A DNA stretch of 64,000 bases from the human T2T-CHM13v2.0 reference genome, Homo sapiens. Position 1 is the stretch's first letter, and each line of letters opens with the position of its first letter. The notes under the pieces were generated by a model. The model was given only the letters and a program-made list of their open reading frames with translations, was not told where the DNA came from and made no database searches. Location of the stretch: assembly GCF_009914755.1 (NCBI RefSeq), contig NC_060925.1. One strand, given 5' to 3'. This document shows positions 54,901 through 64,000 of the stretch, in pieces. A program made the translations under genes and the position numbers.

Positions 54901-57900
54901 CATTCGATGATTCCATTCGAATCCATTCGAAGATGAGTCCATCCATTTCAATTTCATGATAATTCCATTCGTTTCAATTCGATGGTGTTTCCATTCGATT
55001 CCATTCGATGTTGATTCCATTAGTTTCCATTGGATGATGATTCCATTCAAGTCCATTCGATGATGATCACAATGGATTTCATTCCATAATCCTATTCGAT
55101 TCCATTTGATGATGATTCCATCTGATTCCATTTTATGATTCCATTCGTTTCCATCCGATGATGATTCCATTCGATTCCGTTCAATGATTATTCCATTCGA
55201 GTCCATTCGATGATTCCATTCGATTCCATTCGATGATGATTGCATTCGAGTCCATGGATTCTTCCATTGCATTCCATTAGATGATTCCATTCGAGTCCAT
55301 TCGATGATTCTCTTCGATTCCATTCGATAATTCCGTTTGATTCCGTTTGATGTTGATTCCATTCGAGTCCATTCGATGATAATTCCATTCGATTCTATGC
55401 GATGATTCCATTCCATTCCATTTCTAGGTGGTTCCATTCGAGACCATTCGTTGATTGCATTCAATTCATTCGATGATGATTCCATTCAATTCCGTTCAAT
55501 GATTCCATTAGATTCCATTTGATGATGATTCCATTCGATTCCATTTGATGATGATTCCATGCGATTCCATTAGATGATGACTCCTTTCATTTCCATTCAA
55601 TGAGGATTCCATTCGGTTCCATTTGATGATGATTCCTTTGAATTCCATTTGATGACAATTCCATTCAATACCAATTGATGATGTTTATTTTTGATTCCAT
55701 TTGATGATGATTACATTCGATTCCATTTCATCATGATTCCATTCGATTCCACTCGATGATTCCATTCGATTCCATTCAATGATTATTCCACTTGAGTCGA
55801 TTCGATGACTCCATTCGATTGTATTCGATGGTGATTGAATTCGAGTCCATGGATTAATCTATTGCATTCCATTCGATGATTCCATTCGAGTCCATTCGAT
55901 GATTCTATTCGATTACATTCGATAATTCCATTCGATTGCATTCGATAAATCCATTTGATTCCATTTGAGGATAATTCCTTTTGAGTCCATTCGATGATTG
56001 TTCCATTCGATTCTATTCGGTGATTCCATTCGACTTCATTTGATAATGATTCCATTCGAGACCATTCGATGATTCTATTCAATTCCATTCAATAATGATT
56101 CCATTCGAGTCCATTCAACGATTCCATTCAAGTCCATTCGATGATTCCATCTGATTCCATTCAATGAATCCATGCGATTCCATTCTATGATGATTCCATT
56201 CATTTCCATCTGATGATGATTCCTTTCGATTCCATTCAATGATTCCTTTCGATTCTATTTGATGATGATTTCAATCAATTTCATTCGATGATTCCATTCG
56301 AATCCATTCGATGATGAGTCCATCCATTTCAATTTCATGATAATTCCATTCCTTTCAATTCGATGGTGTTTCCATTCGATTCCATTCGATGTTGATTCCA
56401 TTAGTTTCCATTGGATGATGATTCCATTCGAGTCCATTCGATGATGATCACAATGGATTTCATTCCGTAGTTCTATTCGATTCCATTTGATGATGATTCC
56501 ATCTGATTCCATTTGATGATTCCATTCGTTTCCATCCGATGATGATTCCATTCGATTCCGTTCAATGATTATTCCATTCGAGTCCATTCGATGATTCCAT
56601 TCGATTCCATTCGCTGATGATTGCATTCGAGTCCATGGATTCTTCCATTCCATTCCATTAGATGATTCCATTCGAGTCCATTCGATGATTCTCTTCGATT
56701 CCATTGGATAATTCCGTTTGATTCCGTTTGATGTTGATTCCATTCGAGTCCATTCGATGATAATTCCATTCGATTCTATGCGATGATTCCATTCCATTCC
56801 ATTTGGAGGTGGTTGCATTCGAGACCATTCGTTGATTGCATTCAATTCATTCGATGACCATTCCATTCAATTCCGTTCAATGATTCCATTAGATTCCATT
56901 TGATGATGATTCCATTCGATTCCATTTGATGATGATTCCATGCGATTCCATTAGATGATGACTCCTTTCATTTCCATTCATTGAGGATTCCATTCGGTTC
57001 CATTTGATGATGATTCCTTTGAATTCCATTTGATGACAATTCCATTCAATACCAATTGATGATGTTTATTTTTGATTCCATTTGATGATGATTACATTCG
57101 ATTCCATTTCATCATGATTCCATTCGATTCCACTCGATGATTCCATTCGATTCCATTCAATGATTATTCCATTTGAGTCGATTCGATGACTCCATTCGAT
57201 TGTATTCGATGGTGATTGAATTCGAGTCCATGGATTAATCCATTGCATTCCATTCGATGATTCCATTCGAGTCCATTCGATGATTCTATTCGATTGCATT
57301 CGATAATTCCATTCGATTGCATTCGATAAATCCATTTGATTCCATTTGAGGATAATTCCTTTTGAGTCCATTCGATGATTGTTCCATTCGATTCTATTCG
57401 GTGATTCCATTCGACTTCATTTGATAATGATTCCATTCGAGACCATTCGATGATTCTATTCAATTCCATTCAATAATGATTCCATTTGAGTCCATTCAAC
57501 GATTCCATTCAAGTCCATTCGATGATTCCATCTGATTCCATTCAATAAATCCATGTGATTCCATTCTATGATGATTCCATTCATTTCCATCTGATGATGA
57601 TTCCATTCGATTCCATTCAATGATTCCTTTCGATTCCATTTGATGATGATTTCAATCAATTTCATTCGATGATTCCATTCGAATCCATTCGATGATGAGT
57701 CCATCCATTTCAATTTCATGATAATTCCATTCGTTTCAATTCGATGGTGTTTCCATTCGATTCCATTCGATGTTGATTCCATTAGTTTCCATTGGATGAT
57801 GATTCCATTCGAGTCCATTCAATGATGATCACATTGGATTTCATTCCATAATTCTATTCGATTCCATTTGATGATGATTCCATCTGATTCCATTTGATGA

Positions 57901-59010
57901 TCCCATTCGATTCCATTCGATGATGATTCCATTCGTTTCCATCCAATGATGATTCCATTCGTTTCCGTTCAATGATTATTTCATTCGAGTCCATTCGATG
58001 ATTCCATTCGATTCCATTCGATGGTGATTGCATTCGGGTCCATGGATTCTTCCATTCCATTCCATTAGATGATTCCATTCGAGTCCGTTCGATGATTCTC
58101 TTCGATTCCATTCGATAATTCCGTTTGATTCCGTTTGATGTTGATTCCATTCGAGTCCATTCGATGATAATTCCATTCGATTCTATGTGATGATTCCATT
58201 CCATTCCATTTGGAGATGGTTCCATTCGAGACCATTCGTTGATTGCATTCAATTCATTCGATGACGATTCCATTCAATTCCGTTCAATGATTCCATTAGA
58301 TTCCATTTGATGATGATTCCATTCGATTCCATTTGATGATGATTCCATGCGATTCCATTAGATGATGACTCCTTTATTTTCCATTCAATGAGGATTCCAT
58401 TCGGTTCCATTTGATGATGATTCCTTTGAATTCCGTTTGATGACAATTCAATTCAATACCAATTGATGATGGTTATTTTTGATTCCATTTGATGATGATT
58501 ACTTTCGATTCCATTTGATCATGATTCCATTCGATTCCACTCGATGATTCCATTCAATGATGATTCCATTCGAGTTCATTGACTATTCCATTCCATTTCA
58601 ATCGATGATTCCTTTCAAGTCCATTCGATGATTCTATTCGATTGCATTCGATTATTCCATTCGATTGCATTCGATAATTCCATTCGATTCCATTTGAGGA
58701 TAATTCCATTTGAATCCATTCGATGATTGTTCCATTCGATTCTATTCGGTGATTCCATTCGATTCCATTTGATAATGATTCCATTCGAGACCATTCGATG
58801 ATTCCATTCAATTCCATTCAATAATGATTCCATTCGAGTCCATTCAACGATTCCATTCAAGTCCATTCGATGATTCCATCTGATTCCATTCAATGAATCC
58901 ATGCGATTCCATTCTATGATGATTCCATTCATTTCCATCTGATGATGATTCCATTCGATTCCATTCAATGATTCCTTTCGATTCCATTTGATGATGATTT
59001 CAATCAATTT
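51930..59010 (+). repeat. Duplication with 4110-bp offset (1407+1322+1381); about 51930-54900 matches about 56040-59010
   Basis: Private markers GATTCTATTTG (52141/56251) and CATTCATTGAGG (~52865/56975). ORFs 52145/56255, 52956/57066, 53744/57854 and 54444/58554 recur at +4110. Confidence 0.82.
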
Positions 59011-62000
59011 CATTCGATGATTACATTCGAATCCATTCGATGATGAGTCCATCCATTTCTATTTCATGATAATTCCATTCGTTTCAATTCGATGGTGTTT
59101 CCATTCGATTCCATTCGATGTTGATTCCATTAGTTTCCATTGGATGATGATTCCATTCGAGTCCATTCGATGATGATCACAATGGATTTCATTCCGTAAT
59201 TCTATTCGATTCCATTTGATGATGATTCCATCTGATTCCATTTGATGATTCCATTCGTTTCCATCCGATGATGATTCCATTCGATTCCGTTCAATGATTA
59301 TTCCATTCGAGTCCATTCGATGATTCCATTCGATTCCATTCGATGATGATTGCATTCGAGTCCATGGATTCTTCCATTCCATTCCATTAGATGATTCCAT
59401 TCGAGTCCATTCGATGATTCTCTTCGATTCCATTGGATAATTCCGTTTGATTCCGTTTGATGTTGATTCCATTCGAGTCCATTCGATGATAATTCCATTC
59501 GATTCTATGCGATGATTCCATTCCATTCCATTTGGAGGTGGTTGCATTCGAGACCATTCGTTGATTGCATTCAATTCATTCGATGACCATTCCATTCAAT
59601 TCCGTTCAATGATTCCATTAGATTCCATTTGATGATGATTCCATTCGATTCCATTTGATGATGATTCCATGCGATTCCATTAGATGATGACTCCTTTCAT
59701 TTCCATTCAATGAGGATTCCATTCGGTTCCATTTGATGATGATTCCTTTGAATTCCATTTGATGACAATTCCATTCAATACCAATTGATGATGTTTATTT
59801 TTGATTCCATTTGATGATGATTACATTCGATTCCATTTGATCATGATTCCATTCGATTCCACTCGATGATTCCATTCGATTCCATTCAATGATTATTCCA
59901 TTTGAGTTGATTCGATGACTCCATTCGATTGTATTCGATGGTGATTGAATTCGAGTCCATGGATTAATCCATTGCATTCCATTCGATGATTCCATTCGAG
60001 TCCATTCGATGATTCTATTCGATTGCATTCGATAATTCCATTCGATTGCATTCGATAAATCCATTTGATTCCATTTGAGGATAATTCCTTTTGAGTCCAT
60101 TCGATGATTGTTCCATTCGATTCTATTCGGTGATTCCATTCGACTTCATTTGATAATGATTCCATTCGAGACCATTCGATGATTCTATTCAATTCCATTC
60201 AATAATGATTCCATTCGAGTCCATTCAACGATTCCATTCAAGTCCATTCGATGATTCCATCTGATTCCATTCAATGAATCCATGTGATTCCATTCTATGA
60301 TGATTCCATTCATTTCCATCTGATGATGATTCCATTCGATTCCATTCAATGATTCCTTTCGATTCCATTTGATGATGATTTCAATCAATTTCATTCGATG
60401 ATTCCATTCGAATCCATTCGATGATGAGTCCATCCATTTCAATTTCATGATAATTCCATTCGTTTCAATTCGATGGTGTTTCCATTCGATTGCATTCGAT
60501 GTTGATTCCATTAGTTTCCATTGGATGATGATTCCATTCGAGTCCATTCAATGATGATCACATTGGATTTCATTCCATAATTCTATTCGATTCCATTTGA
60601 TGATGATTCCATCTGATTCCATTTGATGATCCCATTCGATTCCATTCGATGATGATTCCATTCGTTTCCATCCAATGATTATTCCATTCGATTCCGTTCA
60701 ATGATTATTTCATTCGAGTCCATTCGATGATTCCATTCTATTCCATTCGATGGTGATTGCATTCGGGTCCATGGATTCTTCCATTCCATTCCATTAGATG
60801 ATTCCATTCGAGTCCGTTCGATGATTCTCTTCGATTCCATTCGATAATTCCGTTTGATTCCGTTTGATGTTGATTCCATTCGAGTCCATTCGATGATAAT
60901 TCCATTCGATTCTATGTGATGATTCCATTCCATTCCATTTGGAGATGGTTCCATTCGAGACCATTCGTTGATTGCATTCAATTCATTCGATGACGATTCC
61001 ATTCAATTCCGTTCAATGATTCCATTAGATTCCATTTGATGATGATTCCATTCGATTCCATTTGATGATGATTCCATGCGATTCCATTAGATGATGACTC
61101 CTTTATTTTCCATTCAATGAGGATTCCATTCGGTTCCATTTGATGATGATTCCTTTGAATTCCGTTTGATGACAATTCAATTCAATACCAATTGATGATG
61201 GTTATTTTTGATTCCATTTGATGATGATTACTTTCGATTCCATTTGATCATGATTCCATTCGATTCCACTCGATGATTCCATTCAATGATGATTCCATTC
61301 GAGTTCATTGACTATTCCATTCCATTTCAATCGATGATTCCTTTCAAGTCCATTCGATGATTCTATTCGATTGCATTCGATTATTCCATTCGATTGCATT
61401 CGATAATTCCATTCGATTCCATTTGAGGATAATTCCATTTGAATCCATTCGATGATTGTTCCATTCGATTCTATTCGGTGATTCCATTCGATTCCATTTG
61501 ATAATGATTCCATTCGAGACCATTCGATGATTCCATTCAATTCCATTCAATAATGATTCCATTCGAGTCCATTCAACGATTCCATTCAAGTCCATTCGAT
61601 GATTCCATCTGATTCCATTCAATGAATCCATGCGATTCCATTCTATGATGATTCCATTCATTTCCATCTGATGATGATTCCATTCGATTCCATTCAATGA
61701 TTCCTTTCGATTCCATTTGATGATGATTTCAATCAATTTCATTCGATGATTCCATTCGAATCCATTCGATGATGAGTCCATCCATTTCTATTTCATGATA
61801 ATTCCATTCGTTTCAATTCGATGGTGTTTCCATTCGATTCCATTCGATGTTGATTCCATTAGTTTCCATTGGATGATGATTCCATTCGAGTCCATTCGAT
61901 GATGATCACAATGGATTTCATTCCGTAATTCTATTCGATTCCATTTGATGATGATTCCATCTGATTCCATTTGATGATTCCATTCGTTTCCATCCGATGA

Positions 62001-63670
62001 TGATTCCATTCGATTCCGTTCAATGATTATTCCATTCGAGTCCATTCGATGATTCCATTCGATTCCATTCGATGATGATTGCATTCGAGTCCATGGATTC
62101 TTCCATTCCATTCCATTAGATGATTCCATTCGAGTCCATTCGATGATTCTCTTCGATTCCATTCGATAATTCCGTTTGATTCCGTTTGACGTTGATTCCA
62201 TTCGAGTCCATTCGATGATAATTCCATTCGATTCTATGCGATGATTCCATTCCATTCCATTTGGAGGTGGTTCCATTCGAGACCATTCGTTGATTGCATT
62301 CAATTCATTCGATGACCATTCCATTCAATTCCGTTCAATGATTCCATTAGATTCCATTTGATGATGATTCCATTCGATTCCATTTGATGATGATTCCATG
62401 CGATTCCATTAGATGATGACTCCTCTCATTTCCATTCAATGAGGATTCCATTCGTTTCCATTTGATGATGATTCCTTTGAATTCCATTTGATGACAATTC
62501 CATTCAATACCAATTGATGGTGTTTATTTTTGATTCCATTTGATGATGATTACATTCGATTCCATTTGATCATGATTCCATTCGATTCCACTCGATGATT
62601 CCATTCGATTCCATTCAATGATTATTCCATTTCAGTCGATTCGATGACTCCATTCGACTGTATTCGATGGTGATTGAATTCGAGTCCATGGATTAATCCA
62701 TTGCATTCCATTCGATGATTCCATTCGAGTCCATTCGATGATTCTATTCGATTGCATTCGATAATTCCATTCGATTGCATTCGATAAATCCATTTGATTC
62801 CATTTGAGGATAATTCCATTTGAGTCCATTCGATGATTGTTCCATTCGATTCTATTCGGTGATTCCATTCGACTTCATTTGATAATGATTCCATTCGAGA
62901 CCATTCGATGATTCTATTCAATTCCATTCAATAATGATTCCATTCGAGTCCATTCAACGATTCCATTCAAGTCCATTCGATGATTCCATCTGATTCCATT
63001 CAATGAATCCATGTGATTCCATTCTATGATGATTCCATTCATTTCCATCTGATGATGATTCCATTCGATTCCATTCAATGATTCCTTTCGATTCCATTTG
63101 ATGATGATTTCAATCAATTTCATTCGATGATTCCATTCGAATCCATTCGATGATGAGTCCATCCATTTCAATTTCATGATAATTCCATTCGTTTCAATTC
63201 GATGGTGTTTCCATTCGATTGCATTCGATGTTGATTCCATTAGTTTCCATTGGATGATGATTCCATTCGAGTCCATTCAATGATGATCACATTGGATTTC
63301 ATTCCATAATTCTATTCGATTCCATTTGATGATGATTCCATCTGATTCCATTTGATGATCCCATTCGATTCCATTCGATGATGATTCCATTCGTTTCCAT
63401 CCAATGATGATTCCATTCGATTCCGTTCAATGATTATTTCATTCGAGTCCATTCGATGATTCCATTCGATTCCATTCGATGGTGATTGCATTCGGGTCCA
63501 TGGATTCTTCCATTCCATTCCATTAGATGATTCCATTCGAGTCCGTTCGATGATTCTCTTCGATTCCATTTGATAATTCCGGTTGATTCCGTTTGATGTT
63601 GATTCCATTCGAGTCCATTCGATGATAATTCCATTCGATTCTATGCGATGATTCCATTCCATTCCATTTG
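56805..63670 (+). repeat. 2729-bp dimeric higher-order repeat (1407+1322), about 2.5 copies
   Basis: Landmark spacing 1407,1322,1407,1322,1407. ORFs 58554/61283, 59059/61788 and 57066/59795 recur at +2729. Shared SNVs TTTGAATCC (~58711/61440) and GATGGTGATTGCA (~58020/60749/63478). Confidence 0.85.
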
Positions 63671-64000
63671 GAGGTGGTTCCATTCGAGACCATTCGTTGA
63701 TTGCATTCAATTCATTCGATGACCATTCCATTCAATTCCGTTCAATGATTCCATTAGATTCCATTTGATGATGATTCCATTCGATTCCATTTGATGATGA
63801 TTCCATGCGATTCCATTAGATGATGACTCCTTTCATTTCCATTCAATGAGGATTCCATTCGGTTCCATTTGATGATGATTCCTTTGAATTCCATTTGATG
63901 ACAATTCCATTCAATACCAATTGATGATGGTTATTTTAGATTCCATTTGATGATGATTACATTCGATTCCATTTGATCATGATTCCATTCGATTCCACTC

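Larger units (their letters stand above)
1..64000 (+). repeat. Human satellite II (HSat2/HSATII) pericentromeric tandem array, CATTC-rich strand on +
   Basis: Continuous diverged CATTC-derived repeat dominated by ATTCCATTCG ATTCCATTCG ATG(ATG) 23/26-bp subunits, with very frequent TCGA and GANTC sites. The CATTCGATTC/GATGAT pattern is the HSat2 signature; HSat3 would be near-pure (CATTC)n. Same orientation throughout and no non-satellite sequence seen. Confidence 0.98.

Noticed and set aside
200-63731. Numerous minus-strand ORFs of 65-326 aa (MESSSNGIEWNHRM-type), e.g. 22612-23592, 29419-30399, 41061-42041
   Set aside because: They are translations of the GAATG/GAATC strand, which is naturally poor in stop codons, while the + strand is saturated with TGA. 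They overlap in several frames with the same low-complexity peptides, recur with repeat periodicity and are broken by random SNVs. There is no domain or gene structure. Similar 'hypothetical proteins' in databases are known satellite contamination artefacts.
1-64000. CRISPR-like array suggested by regular 23-26 bp repeats
   Set aside because: No unique spacers, leader or cas genes; the repeats are contiguous, degenerate satellite subunits.
1-64000. HSat3, alpha satellite or telomeric repeat identity
   Set aside because: Pure (CATTC)n runs are limited to about three copies, and there is no 171-bp alphoid monomer, CENP-B box or TTAGGG run. The CATTCGATTC/GATGAT pattern indicates HSat2.
1-64000. 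Inversion or transposon (Alu/L1) insertion within the array
   Set aside because: No switch to GAATG-rich sequence on the + strand, and no poly(A), GC-rich or otherwise non-satellite stretch was seen. Landmark spacings are fully accounted for by satellite indels.
1-64000. Assignment to a specific chromosome or HSat2 subfamily
   Set aside because: A ~1.4-kb period is reminiscent of HSat2B-type arrays rather than the 1.8-kb HSat2A units, but this is from memory. It needs subfamily k-mer classification or alignment to a T2T assembly. The species (human versus other great ape) also cannot be fixed from the sequence alone.

Overview
The whole 64 kb window is one uninterrupted, single-orientation array of human-type classical satellite II (HSat2/HSATII), i.e. 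pericentromeric heterochromatin. The + strand is the CATTC-rich strand, built from 23/26-bp subunits of the form (ATTCCATTCG)2(ATG)1-2. I see no genes, RNA genes, transposon insertions, CRISPR array or inversion. All listed ORFs are minus-strand by-products of the repeat. Using the once-per-unit landmark TTTGGAG(G/A)TGG (49 occurrences counted by eye, 1320 to 63670), the array resolves into a ~1.3-1.4 kb unit with four length alleles (1322/1348/1381/1407 bp) made by two independent indel modules (+59 and +26 bp). These units are organised into nested, recent higher-order duplications with periods of 4195, 1381x3, 8129, 10759/10320, 2630, 4110 and 2729 bp. Several rearrangement junctions lie in short internal homologies (+254, -170, -439, -26 bp, and 641/667-bp half-units). 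I did not find a novel biological system; the interest lies in the satellite's readable expansion history and a variant-restricted palindromic motif. Coordinates were counted manually and boundaries are approximate.
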